This document shows positions 37,090-49,769 of a stretch of 64,000 nucleotides of DNA, piece by piece. The first letter of the stretch is position 1. Each line of letters begins with the position of its first letter. The notes beneath the pieces were generated by a model. It did no database searches, was not told the origin of the DNA, and saw nothing but the letters and a program-made list of their open reading frames with translations. Origin of the DNA: Haplodiscus bocki (lineage: Eukaryota); NCBI GenBank assembly GCA_965655095.1, contig OZ296649.1, positions 45,012,001 to 45,076,000 of the forward strand, in the 5' to 3' direction. Position numbers and translations under genes: made by a program.

Positions 37090-37577
37090 TTTACCCAATG
37101 TTTGCCAATTGAGCTTGCACTAAAAACGATGTTGGCTCGAGTTTGGCCAAAATTGCAAACATGGCCAAAACTTCAGAAATGGCCGACATTTCAAAAATGG
37201 CCAAAGTGGCCAAACTTACCAAAACTGGCAAGATTGCCGAGACTGGAATAATGATATTTCTCAAAACGTTCAAAATTTGGGTCTTTTTTGAAAAAATAGA
37301 TGGGTTCTCGAAAAAACTTGAATTTTATTCAAAATCGCTAAAGGTGGCATATTTGCTGTAGAATACGTGCCAAACGGTTTTATTTCTTAAAAATGTCTTC
37401 CGCCCTATTTATGTGGTTTTTTGGCAAAATGGAAAACTTTGAACGTTGGAAAAATTAGGAACTATGATGAAGAAAGAGTGTTTTTTCGAGAAAAAAAAAC
37501 GTTTTCGTCTTCTGTAAAGCCTTCTTTACAAAAATGGGAAGGCGCAAAATATGCCGGTGGTAGCCGGCTGTCTTGTT
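37090..37577 (+). mobile_element. Non-autonomous Helitron/Helentron-like element, family A copy with a 9-bp minisatellite
   Basis: Ends in the hairpin GCCGG-tggtag-CCGGC plus TGTCTTGTT; degenerate (TGGCCAAAA)n at 37143-37245. Confidence 0.55.
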
Positions 37578-38949
37578 AAGATACAGGTCAAATTGTCCCA
37601 TTGTTTTTGTCTGTTGTCATACTTTACTACTACAACTTTCATGGCGTGGATAAACTTGCATCGGGTATGGGCCTCCTAATAGCATTGACTATCAATTCAG
37701 TGTTCATGAAAAGTTCGAGTTGCGCAAAAAGACTCTCTAGGCCAATATTTCTTGATATTTCAATCTCTGGCATCTCCTGAGCATTTGGTAATAAAACGAT
37801 GTAATAAAAAGTTTGAGTACCTTCGCGAGCCGTCCGCTAAGCACCGTAGCACGTATGTTTTTTTCATGTTCATGTTATGTCTTGATCTGTTCTAGTTAAT
37901 TTATCCATTCCTGAGTATCTAAAGCTAACAGTTGAAAAACTAATTTTTTGTCCTTGTGTTGCCGATTGTCCCTTGTATTTATCTTGTAGTAATTCGTTCA
38001 TGGGCTAATGGGCACAGCGCGCCGAACGAAATGCTTGGCTCTGGCTACCCCGACTAATAGCTGGGGTTGCTTGGTTTGAATTTCATGGTTGCAGCAGTCG
38101 TTACCCTAGGAAGCAATGTCCTCCGCATACCTAGTACGGCTGGTTCCTACGGAGATTAACGAAGATCGGGTGATACTGATTGATTGCATCAACAATAGGC
38201 AAAGGGGTTAGCAGAACGTTGTGAGGCAATCTTTTTCTTCACTCGCCTTTCACTTTCTGCTCGCTAGTAAGACCATCCTGGACAGCTGATCTCTGAAAGT
38301 CATGTCCTCGGAGCTCGGGTGACCCCTTTTCGAAGCTCCCAGCTTGGACATTATGATCATACTTTCCAAAAATTTAAATGATGGGTTGGCATTCTTTTAA
38401 TCACTTTTTGTCATGAAGGGATTCCAATCTGGAATCCGATAATTATGAAGAGCGCAAACGCCAGTAATCTAGCAGATAACTTCTGGGCACCCTTCGCAGA
38501 TGGAATCGCTGCCGAAGGTCCCCTTCATGGGATGGTCGTTCATACACGCCCAACTGTTGCGGATTAAGCTTTTCTGTGTCCTAGAAATGTCAAAAAAAGA
38601 CCACCTCCCCTTGAAGTTTTTTCCATGAGAAAAAACCTAGCCTCCAGATGTGGAACCCAACATCTTCAACAGTTGGACGAACCTACAAGCGATGTCAATT
38701 CACTGTGACTATCCTCGGAAACTTTGCCGAGCGTTTACTGATTTTCCTCTGATAATTTCATGCGTCTTGCACACAGTTTATTAGAGTAAAATAAAATTCT
38801 CAAATTTGTCATTATTAGCAAATTTCGTGTTTTACTAAAGTTCTTTCCCATTCCAGACGTCTACTTGAATCACAAATTTCATTACCCAAACTTTTTTAAG
38901 GGTAACACGTATTTCACAGGTTCATCTTGCTTTATTCAGGGTCTGTAAA

Positions 38950-41900
38950 TGTCTTTCGATTCGAATATTTTGCCTCTTCTCAGCCAGTCCGTGAAGGAAT
39001 TTGACACAACTCATGCGAAATCCGCTTTCTCAAACGCAATACTAACGCAGCCTTGTGGTTGACACCAAAGACAAGCCAGAACTTATTTGACGGCGAGAAA
39101 ACCTTGCTGACAGGTGTTGATCTAGAACTTCATTCGAAAAAGCAGAAACAATAACCACGGAGCGGGATGCCTTGGATGCTCAAGTCAATTCTTCTGAACC
39201 TTCTCATGCCAACTATAAGTACTTTGCAGCTCCTAGCCAATGTGCAGAGCAAAAGTCCCTCAAAGCCAACGCCATCAGACTATTAGATAGGCAACTATTC
39301 TACTGACACAACCAATGTAACTAAATACAAGTATCAAAAACAGTCCTTTGATACAAAGCCCTATCCCAGCTATTCGCGTTCTTCCCAAACATTTTCGCGG
39401 AGCCCCAATTCAATTTTTCTGACATTTTATCTCCACGATTTCATCCATCTGATGCAAAAATTGTATGCTTCCCCGAGGATTGCTAATAAGACTACAATCA
39501 ATGCAAAAAAACTTCTGGCGCAACCTTTCCATATCAAATAAAAGCTTTACAGCATTTCTCTCGAAGCTCTTGCAAATCTTCTATGGAGAAGTTCTAGTTG
39601 AAAGAACGCAATTGAGAAGGCAACAACATGATTCCTCCTGAGGGGCCAAGAAATTACTCACCAAGCCGCTACATTTAGTTAAAACTCAAACCAGTGACAA
39701 AAGCAAAGCTCACCATCAAAAAAATTCTCAGTGAAAATTGTCAAACCAAAAGAAATCAGTACCTATCTTACTCTGCTTCAAAGAAAAGCAATTGTACGCA
39801 ACTATTGTCCGTGACCGTAGAAAAAAAGTACCAAATCTCACTGAAGGAGCCATTAAAATAGACTAACAGAAAGTTTTGAAAGAACCACTCAAGCAAAAGT
39901 ATGGAAAAACTTTGAAATCAAAATTGAAGTATGGAGAAACACTCAAAGAACCCAAGAAATTAAAAGCCAAGAGTCGAAGGAGCCTTTTAGAGTCAAGTAT
40001 CAGGAAACTCTCAAGAAACACTTCAAGGTAAACTACCAGGAGATGCTAAAAGAACCACTGGTTTCTAACGTCGAGGCGAAACCCTTTGGGTGTCCTTTCT
40101 GTCGGGTAGAAATACTTAAATTGATAGAGACAAAAAAATCAGCTCTCAGCAATAATTTACACAACGAATCATGAACAAGAAGAGTCGCTTCGCAGGAGAC
40201 ATTGCAAACCTGTTGCCCGCACAAGTGTCTAAAAAGGGAGCATCTGGAACGCACTGTCAAACAGTGGACGAAAAATTAGATCAAACCATCGATCCTTCAC
40301 GACCCATAGTTGCAGAAGACTTACCCCGGAGCTGTCCCATTTTTCAAAACTATCGTTGCGTAATCTTGACGCAAAAGCTCAACATGGTGCAGATGCCCAC
40401 TTTGTTCGATCCCTCTTCGTTTCATATGCGCTTTAGTAGGTCATAAGGTCCAAGATCAAGCGTTCCCTAATGACCAAAAAGTCATCATCAAACGGGATAA
40501 AAGTCTTTAACCCGAAATGGCCTATGTCAGGCTAAGAATTTATCTGACATATTAATAACTGGAGATTTTTCACCAAACAATATAGATGTAACCCTGAAGC
40601 CAAGTTAATGTGCGAGCTTCTACAAGTGCCTGACAACTCACCGACTTCCACTGACAAAGTTTTCGTGGAGACTAATAAACTCAATTTGATGTCTGACATT
40701 CAGTCGTTTACCACAAACCTTCAAACCTCAAGTCAGATCATGTAGTTATGTTTTGCAGCGTTCTTTTGTTGTCAGAAACGTGACTCGAAACAGAATATGG
40801 AGAACTAACAACAACAACTATTCGAAGTTTGTCTCAACTTGTTTCTCAAAGGTAAATTGACAGAAACAGAATCATTTGGTCGCTCCATATTTTTGCAAGT
40901 TCTCACAACTCTCAACGAAGCATTGCCTCTTTTGCGAAAAAACTCTAATTCAAACTAGAATCACAGGGAATCCATTAAACGTTAAAGAAGAGATGTTGTT
41001 CTTACCTTCACTAAACCCTGTCAACCACTGACAGTTCCGTGTTCAGCTAGACCAACAGACACAATAAATTAGGGGTTCATGCACCCTTTATGCTGACAAT
41101 GTACAACAAAGTTTCATATCCCCTAAACATTTTCGCGGAGCCCCAATTCAATTTTTCTGACATTTTATCTCCACGATTTCATCCATCTGATGCAAAAATT
41201 GTATGCTTCCCCGAGGATTGCTAATAAGACTACAATCAATGCAAAAAAACTTCTGGCGCAACCTTTCCATATCAAATAAAAGCTTTACAGCATTTCTCTC
41301 GAAGCTCTTGCAAATCTTCTATGGAGAAGTTCTAGTTGAAAGAACGCAATTGAGAAGGCAACAACATGATTCCTCCTGAGGGGCCAAGAAATTACTCACC
41401 AAGCCGCTACATTTAGTTAAAACTCAAACCAGTGACAAAAGCAAAGCTCACCATCAAAAAAATTCTCAGTGAAAATTGTCAAACCAAAAGAAATCAGTAC
41501 CTATCTTACTCTGCTTCAAAGAAAAGCAATTGTACGCAACTATTGTCCGTGACCGTAGAAAAAAAGTACCAAATCTCACTGAAGGAGCCATTAAAATAGA
41601 CTAACAGAAAGTTTTGAAAGAACCACTCAAGCAAAAGTATGGAAAAACTTTGAAATCAAAATTGAAGTATGGAGAAACACTCAAAGAACCCAAGAAATTA
41701 AAAGCCAAGAGTCGAAGGAGCCTTTTAGAGTCAAGTATCAGGAAACTCTCAAGAAACACTTCAAGGTAAACTACCAGGAGATGCTAAAAGAACCACTGGT
41801 TTCTAACGTCGAGGCGAAACCCTTTGGGTGTCCTTTCTGTCGGGTAGAAATACTTAAATTGATAGAGACAAAAAATCAGCTCTCAGCAATAATTTACACA

Positions 41901-42880
41901 ACGAATCATGAACAAGAAGAGTCGCTTCGCAGGAGACATTGCAAACCTGTTGCCCGCACAAGTGTCTAAAAAGGGAGCATCTGGAACGCACTGTCAAACA
42001 GTGGACGAAAAATTAGATCAAACCATCGATCCTTCACGACCCATAGTTGCAGAAGACTTACCCCGGAGCTGTCCCATTTTTCAAAACTATCGTTGCGTAA
42101 TCTTGACGCAAAAGCTCAACATGGTGCAGATGCCCACTTTGTTCGATCCCTCTTCGTTTCATATGCGCTTTAGTAGGTCATAAGGTCCAAGATCAAGCGT
42201 TCCCTAATGACCAAAAAGTCATCATCAAACGGGATAAAAGTCTTTAACCCGAAATGGCCTATGTCAGGCTAAGAATTTATCTGACATATTAATAACTGGA
42301 GATTTTTCACCAAACAATATAGATGTAACCCTGAAGCCAAGTTAATGTGCGAGCTTCTACAAGTGCCTGACAACTCACCGACTTCCACTGACAAAGTTTT
42401 CGTGGAGACTAATAAACTCAATTTGATGTCTGACATTCAGTCGTTTACCACAAACCTTCAAACCTCAAGTCAGATCATGTAGTTATGTTTTGCAGCGTTC
42501 TTTTGTTGTCAGAAACGTGACTCGAAACAGAATATGGAGAACTAACAACAACAACTATTCGAAGTTTGTCTCAACTTGTTTCTCAAAGGTAAATTGACAG
42601 AAACAGAATCATTTGGTCGCTCCATATTTTTGCAAGTTCTCACAACTCTCAACGAAGCATTGCCTCTTTTGCGAAAAAACTCTAATTCAAACTAGAATCA
42701 CAGGGAATCCATTAAACGTTAAAGAAGAGATGTTGTTCTTACCTTCACTAAACCCTGTCAACCACTGACAGTTCCGTGTTCAGCTAGACCAACAGACACA
42801 ATAAATTAGGGGTTCATGCACCCTTTATGCTGACAATGTACAACAAAGTTTCATATCCCCTAAAATGTCATTTTGAGGTC
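38950..42880 (+). pseudogene. Decayed Penelope-like retroelement ORF N-terminal region (partly duplicated)
   Basis: Fragments I*CKNCMLPRGLLIRL, FLSKLLQ, PNDQKVIIKRDKS and RGSCTLYA...KVSYPLK resemble Penelope N-terminal/pre-RT motifs (RC...IPKGL; IVIKPADKG; LYGLPKVHK..PLRP). Heavily frameshifted; no RT core seen. Confidence 0.4.
39387..42864. repeat. Near-identical 1.74-kb direct tandem duplication (39387-41124 / 41125-42861)
   Basis: Identical 91-aa ORFs at 40171 and 41908. The offset is 1738, then 1737 after a single A7/A6 homopolymer difference. AAA microhomology at the junction. Confidence 0.97.
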
Positions 42881-43188
42881 GACTAAATGTCAATTCAATT
42901 AACCTTCAATAAACAATAGATGAAATTGAAGTAAAAAAAACTACAAGTTTGATAAATTCTTCACGATCTATACTAGAAAACAAAAGAAATTGACTTTGGT
43001 TCATATTGCGCAAGAGATACTCATTCTATTTTCAGCAGTCGATAAATAATTACTGCAAATGAACACTTTTTTTCCAAAGCTCCATTGTCAGTTGCCTCAA
43101 AGTCAGTGACAACAATTCGGAATCACACCTGTTGGCAGCACCTAATGATTTCATTCTCTCGAACGATGACAAAGGATTTTGCATGCTG

Positions 43189-44907
43189 TCAAGTTTTGCC
43201 ACCACAAAGATTGACCTTGACAGCATGTGTGTTTTTTGCTTTACTTTTCCTTTCTCTGTCCAAGGACATGTATTTATCAAGTCTTGACTTCTCTCGTTTA
43301 ACATTCCGCCGTTTTTTCATGTCTTCATCATCGAGCATGTCTAGGTTCATTTTTGGTCTCACCACATAATCTTTAAAAGAAGGCATTGGAACACGAGCTC
43401 GTGCAATAAACCCTCGATCACCCGGCCCTTTAGGTCCATCCTCTTCCTCGTCTTCCCGCTTTTTTTCAGGATTCGTCTTCTTTTTCTTCTGAGGCGGCAT
43501 CTTCTCCAGATCCCTTTTCTCTCTATCTTCTCTGGACATTGACCCAAAATCGGCGGTTAGCTGAAAGATAGGTCTAGCCCAGTTGTTTATCAACTTGCCC
43601 GCTCTGATTCTGTTCTCCCTGACTTCCTTTGGATGCTTGTATAAAAGCATGACCACCTTTCCGATGCCACTTTCTCGTAACATGGCCGAATCCAGAGGCG
43701 GGAATTGCTCAAGAATCTGTAGCATAGATGTTCGAATGTGCAAGTGAGGCAGACTTTGATCGGGAAGAGGGTTGAGCCACTCTGCGATTGATAACAACAC
43801 GCCGTTCTCCACAAACGCTGACTGCAAGTGGCACTTTCGCAACTCATACAGAACACTATTGAGAAGTTTCAGCTTATTCAAAGCCACTCGTTTGTTTCTG
43901 TTCAATTCTCTGTCGTCGTCAGCTGCTCTTCGCATCAGAGTTATCATGTTAAGAATCTTATCATCCTGGTCGTTTATTATGTCCACATCTTTTCTCTTTC
44001 TACGTCTTTTAGCACTTTCCTCCTTCTTTTTCATCAACATTTTATCAAAGTCCGAAATTTTGTCATCCTCGTCGCTTTCAACCTTTGGTCTTTCTCCCAT
44101 CTCGTTTGCTTGTTGCTGCATATCCTTTTCCATCAGCTCGTCTTCACCGAAACCCTCGAACTCGCCTTCTGAATCGGAAGACCCAAAAATGTCATTTATC
44201 AGCTCATTCTGCACAGGCGCTTCTCCCGTTTCTCCACCAAACTGAGCATCCCCATCATCGTCTGAGTTTAGCTCTTGCGGTATAGCTGCAGTATCAATTT
44301 GCTCACTAAAAGAGACGCTTTTATTGTACGCAGATTCTTCGAGGTCTGGGTTTTGGCTAGTTTCAACATCGGCCTGTGGTCCGTCCTCATTTTCTTCATC
44401 ACTGCCTTTTTCGTCATCAGACATGATATGTTGCGTCGTTTGTATGCTAGTGTGGTTTTCGTCAACGTTTCCAGCATCTGCTTCACCTTCACCGCTGTCC
44501 GAACCTTGTAAGTTACTTTCATCAGAGTCTTCCGCCGCATTTGGAGCGTTTTCAAATGTTATTGGTGGAGTAGGCTCATCATCTTGGTCATTATCTGAAA
44601 TCTGGCCTCCCTCATCAGAGTCAGCAGCTACGGTAGTTGTGACATTCTGTTGCTTTTCTTCGTTGTCGAAAATAACAGGTGGAGGTTCTATATCTTTTTC
44701 ATCGTCCGAATCCAAATTGTTCTGTTCTTCGTTTTCTGATAGCCCTGATTCATCGTCAGCTTCTTCGCCATGTGCGTCCAACTGAGTCTCTGGAGCAGCA
44801 GAATTTTCTTCCTCTTCGCAGTCATCATTTTCATTGAATTGAGACTCCTCTTGGGTTTCTTGAATGGCACCCATTTCAAAATTTTCACCATCGCCGCCCA
44901 AAGTTGG
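43189..44907 (-). CDS. IWS1: IWS1 (Spn1) transcription elongation factor, main exon
   Basis: Long acidic N-terminus, then the conserved core (DFDKML...KRRRKRKDVDIINDQDD; ALNKLKLL; EWLNPLPDQSLP; ESGIGKVVMLLYKHPKE; KLINNWARPIF; GPGDRGFIARARVPMPSFKDYVVRPK), the TFIIS N-terminal-like domain. Acceptor ttttttcag at 44908; first ATG within the exon at 44874. Confidence 0.95.
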   Translation of the reverse strand, partial: PTLGGDGENFEMGAIQETQEESQFNENDDCEEEENSAAPETQLDAHGEEADDESGLSENEEQNNLDSDDEKDIEPPPVIFDNEEKQQNVTTTVAADSDEGGQISDNDQDDEPTPPITFENAPNAAEDSDESNLQGSDSGEGEADAGNVDENHTSIQTTQHIMSDDEKGSDEENEDGPQADVETSQNPDLEESAYNKSVSFSEQIDTAAIPQELNSDDDGDAQFGGETGEAPVQNELINDIFGSSDSEGEFEGFGEDELMEKDMQQQANEMGERPKVESDEDDKISDFDKMLMKKKEESAKRRRKRKDVDIINDQDDKILNMITLMRRAADDDRELNRNKRVALNKLKLLNSVLYELRKCHLQSAFVENGVLLSIAEWLNPLPDQSLPHLHIRTSMLQILEQFPPLDSAMLRESGIGKVVMLLYKHPKEVRENRIRAGKLINNWARPIFQLTADFGSMSREDREKRDLEKMPPQKKKKTNPEKKREDEEEDGPKGPGDRGFIARARVPMPSFKDYVVRPKMNLDMLDDEDMKKRRNVKREKSRLDKYMSLDRERKSKAKNTHAVKVNLCGGKT

Positions 44908-45000
44908 CTGAAAAAAGACAAATGTTATACACTTCTAATATCATTTATGTTACCTACTGGATTTCCCATTCACCAAAAAATTAATTTCAACAACCTTTAC

Positions 45001-45232
45001 CCGAAGTTTGACTATTTGAAACAGTTTTTTATCTTTCAAGTATAGCAGGTTGTTTTCATCAACCCTTCTTTAGCAAAATGCATCTCGTACATGAGCTACT
45101 TGCAAGATTCTTGCACACTAGTGCACTCTATGGATCACCCGTACAAGTTAGAACAGTTCAAGGACATTGCACAAAAATATTTATAGCAAAAATAGTTCGA
45201 TTTTTCTCTTACTTGTTAGAAATTGAATTCAT
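45001..45232 (-). CDS. IWS1: Tentative IWS1 5' coding micro-exons (45232-45213 and 45067-45001)
   Basis: ATGAATTCAATTTCTAACAA|gtaaga (phase 2), then a 67-nt open exon ending CGG|gtaaag (phase 0), joins the main exon in frame. The acceptor (ttttgctaaag) is weak. Confidence 0.4.
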
Positions 45233-45311
45233 TATCTGCTAACTTGCAAAAATCTTACACAATAAAAACAAACTTGTAAACATTAAATGTGAATTGTAAA
45301 AGATGACTCAC

Positions 45312-45430
45312 GACAAGTTTCAATTTGAAGTTCTCATCAAATTTTTTGAAGAAAGAACAGGAAAACTATACAAGCCCAAAGCGGCCAAAACCGGCGCCGC
45401 CCGTTAAGTTGAAGACATCCATGGTTACTT
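45312..45430 (-). promoter_or_regulatory. Probable IWS1 first non-coding exon and promoter
   Basis: gtgagt donor at 45311 and a local GC-rich patch (gcggccaaaaccggcgccgccc) in AT-rich DNA just upstream. Confidence 0.35.
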
Positions 45431-48400
45431 TTTCGGAAAAATTTGGCTTGATGGAAACTTTAGTTCAAGTTTTTTGTCGTACCGTTTTTCAATTACAATG
45501 GTTTATGAGAGGGCGTTTTTAGAATAAAAATTTCGGTTTGGTGGTCGATTTTTCGAGAGAAAAATTCTCGGTTTATGCCTTCGCGAATATTTTTTTGGTG
45601 GTTCTGTTATATGCTTTCTGGGAGACTTTTTGGTAAGTTCTACAGCTCTACGGGACACCAGCAGTAAAGCCGTAAAATTTTGGTTGAAGAACGTCGTAGA
45701 GTGAGAATTCTTGCAAAGAAGTACTGCAGAAGTCGGGATATTTATTCAAATTACTTGAGCGGCGACCAAGAGAGATAAATCGCATAGTTTCTAAAAATTT
45801 TCAGTCTATGTAGAAATGAAAATTTTGGCTTTTCATCTTGACATACAGTGATTTCATCGATTACTAATTTTTGGTCGGAGTTTTAACGAAAAAGTACAAG
45901 TGCTCGAATATTAGAAATTTTTTCGTGAGACACTTTCCTGTCCTCGAATCGATCCAATTTTAGAACGCAATGCACGAATTTTTCGAAACTTTGAAAAGGC
46001 TTTCCAGAAGCCCCAAATATTGATGGGTGACAAAATAGTCCCCCTGAATTTGCTTTTCGGTGTTATGACATAGAAACTTTTCGATGAATCATGGTAATCC
46101 CTCTCCTCTTCAATTTGGAGAACCAGAAACTTTGAATACACCAAGGAAGTCCGCCACGATATTTTTCAGCAACTAGAGACAAAAATTTACAATATTTTAC
46201 CAACGTGAATACGATTTTTTTAAACGTCAAAAATCACAACTGTCTGTTATACTGTCCCAACTCGCGAATGCCCAAAAAATTTCACCACAGAAGCGAAGCG
46301 GAACTTCGCAACACATTCCGACTTGTCAGTTGAGATCAAAGATAAGAAATACATCAGACATCCTCAGAAACATTTGAAACCATGATCGAAAATGTGTGTG
46401 ACACTGTAGGGATACAATACCACCTGTTAATCAAGTGTTTGTTCGAAAAAGTCTAATTGAGACAAATCAGATCTGTAAATCATGTTTTTTTAGATAACGC
46501 TATTTTGCATCCCGATGTTTAAAAAATCTGGGCCATTTCCAACGCGAACATGAACAAGCACTTGGCACACTATCTCATTTTGGAATTTTTGATGTGTCAA
46601 AATGACTTTTCAGGGCGCTGTTGTTGATTTATTTCAGACCAATGCATTAAAAGATTGCAATTTTTAAGAAAGCGGGAAAAAAACGATTATCATGTATTTT
46701 TGTCATAAGTTTTCGTGATACATCATCCTTTTACAGATCAAAACTTCCAAATACTATTTTTCCACTTCTGCGTTTATCATAGAAAGATCAAAGTTCCAAA
46801 AATCCCTTTGAGAAATTAGTAGGCGCTGAATAAACTTTGGACAAAAGTTCATGACACTGTACTTCAGGATTTTCCCCGGAACTTTTCAGACTAAAAAATC
46901 TCCCACAAGCATTTTGAGCCATACGAGCGGTTCCAACTAGGCCGAACCCAGGTTGTTCACTTATAGCTTTTAATGCTCATTGTTTACCCGCTTAATACTT
47001 AACTGATGTCGCTTAACCAGACAGCTACCAAGAAAAGTATTGACTTTTTCGGCATCATCTTGATCTACACAATAATGAGCAGATTTTAAAGAGTTTTTCA
47101 AGACAACTCGAATGCAAAAAGTCAGCCGCTCAAAAAGACAGCTGCCTTGTGCTTATATTGAACGAAACTTTTACCGGACACTGGTAACGAACATGGTACC
47201 ATTCGAAATATAGAAGTAAATTAGCGGAACGAAAACCGCTGCTTCTTTTAGAAATGTCACTTTTAGAATTACTCGCTTTCGCTTATTTTAGCACCTTCGC
47301 TTTAAGTCGGTCTTCAATGATGTTTGGCTCTATCAAATGATTCTAATCAACTCAGAGGAAATTCTTGAAAATGACCTTCAGTAGAAGCAACAAGATTCGC
47401 CTGCTCGAAAATTAAGAATAGGCAAAATACGCTCAACAAAACTACGAAACTTTCATTCAATCAATAAAATGTTGCCTTGGAAAAAACTGAAGGACTCAAA
47501 TTCTCGTGTATTTTTACGGCAAATATCATAATGATTTGATTTCTGTGGATTTATTCTACAACTCTATAATTTGAATCCACAGAAATCTGATCATCATCAT
47601 ATTCGCTGTGAAAAGACGCCAACTTTTAGTTCGTTCTATACGTTTTCCAAGGTAGCAGTTTCGAGGGGTTTCATAGCTTATTCCATCCCCATCCAATTTT
47701 TTTCTCCTCACCTGCTTAAAAAATTAAGTGAGGAAAATCGGCTCCACCACAGCCTAAATTTCATCAATGTACCGCTGGGCTAACAACCACTTTGAAACTA
47801 AAATTTTGCCAATCTTATTTTTTGCATACTAAACAACTTGGTTCCCCACATTTCAACCGGTCTGCATTCCAAATCAAATCGACGGTCGTTTTTAACCAAG
47901 TCTTTTACACCAAGACCAACTCTTAACAGATTTATTTCTCATCACTAAATACCACGCTACCAACGAGAGTAAAAATGCTGTTCAGTTGTTCTTGTCACGT
48001 TCTTTTACTTTCACAGGAAATTATTGTTAACATCACGTGGTATCACAATGACGTTACACTTTACAATAACTTGAAAGTCGCAAAAAAGGTCGTCGTACAA
48101 AATTTTACCAATGGCTTCGATGGTTAGAAAACTTCCATGGAAACCTCTTGCACTAGAATAGAGGCAGGTAAGTCTCGAAAGTAAGTTTAAGCTAAAAACT
48201 AGCAGATCAGAAAGCTCACATTTCAATTTTCCTAAAAAATAAATCCCATTGCTTTTGCATTGGAACCTACACCCTTAGGAAAAAATACAGAACACCTATG
48301 TCAGAAAAAAGGATCACAAGGCCCCATTTTTCGTTGCTAGGTTTTGAAAATCAAATGTTGCTTCCCAACCCAACTTCAAGAAACCTCAAGAATGCTACTA

Positions 48401-49769
48401 CATACTGACATCCTAGCAAAAACACTTAAACTTCATTACGACTACAGTATAGTAGCGCAGAGGCGAAGCAAAGCTCTGGAAAGCAGGCAAAGTTGACTTA
48501 ATTGCTGAACACTCGAAATGTTGCAGACAATCTCAAGCGGCTACCCATTGAAACCGTTACAGCGGGATTTCAATGAGTCGGAATTTTCAAACCAACCGTT
48601 ACTGCCGTTTACAAACTTGCAGTCGTATCTAACGTTAGATGGAAATACAGAAAGACCGCTGAGGCTCCGCGACACAAGCAGATCAGAAACTGCAACAGGA
48701 AAACTTCTTTCTAGACAAATAATGGCCTGCCAAAACTTTCAACTGATGTTTGTGATATTATTGAATTATCGAATTAAAGAATTTTTTTGAACCCAACAAA
48801 CCGATTTCAGTTGAGCAATACTAAACAAAACTGGAAAACGAGCAGCGGTTAAATCAATCTGCAAATAAGTTTTTCGATTAAGCCCCCAATCGAAAATTTT
48901 GAATGTGATTGAGACTAACAATTCGACAATTGGGGATCTACGACACATCATTCCTAGACGACTATTTTTAGAAAGTGGGACGAAATCTGGAAAAACTCTT
49001 CCAATTAGAAGAATATATAGATAAAAAGCTGCCCATTAACTGCTAAAATGAAAACAATTAGGCGGGTAGTTTAGGAGAAAAACCATTCGTAAAAATGACT
49101 GAAAATGAAATCATGTGCATGAGTAGCATCGTTCGGACAACCAATTACAAAAAAAACAGATCAAAATCTCGAAAAAATATTGCAGTTAAAAAATTTCAAC
49201 AGCTGTCAATTGAGCCGCAAATGAAAAGAATTGGGTTTGTAGATAAGAGGAAAAGTATTTTTAAAACAGACTAAAATCGGCATCAAATGCATTTGTAGCG
49301 AAGTTTGCACAATATTTTTTGGGAAATTGGAACGAAATCTCGAAAAAACTGTTGCTCTTAGGTGAAATTACAAATGAAACACTGTCGAGTACGCCATATA
49401 TGGAAAGAATTGAGCGGGTAGTTGAGAAAAGGCATTTGGCACAATGCATAAAATCAAAATCACATGCATTGTAGCAACATTGAGACCATAATTTTCAGAA
49501 ATTGGAACAAAACCTGAAAAAAATCTTCAGTAAAAGACTCCACCGTTAAGAAGATGTCGACTAAGCTTTTAATGCAAAGCTAGCAAAAAAAGACACAAAC
49601 ATAAGTTGACAAAAACTACTATTTTTTGTGTGATGCAAGAGCTTCCAATTGACTTCAAAGGTAATTTGAATTATGACCGAACAGCCTTAAGATACCGGAG
49701 TATTGAGCTTATTTACATGGTTCCTCGCAAGGCAACCCGGGGATCAAAAAATACCAAAATTTTATTAGA

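Noticed and set aside
37143-37361. Repetitive ORF MAKIANMAKTSEMAD...
   Set aside because: Translation artefact of a 9-bp minisatellite inside a repeat element.
43772-44785. Several plus-strand ORFs of 114-157 aa
   Set aside because: Antisense shadows of the acidic IWS1 exon.
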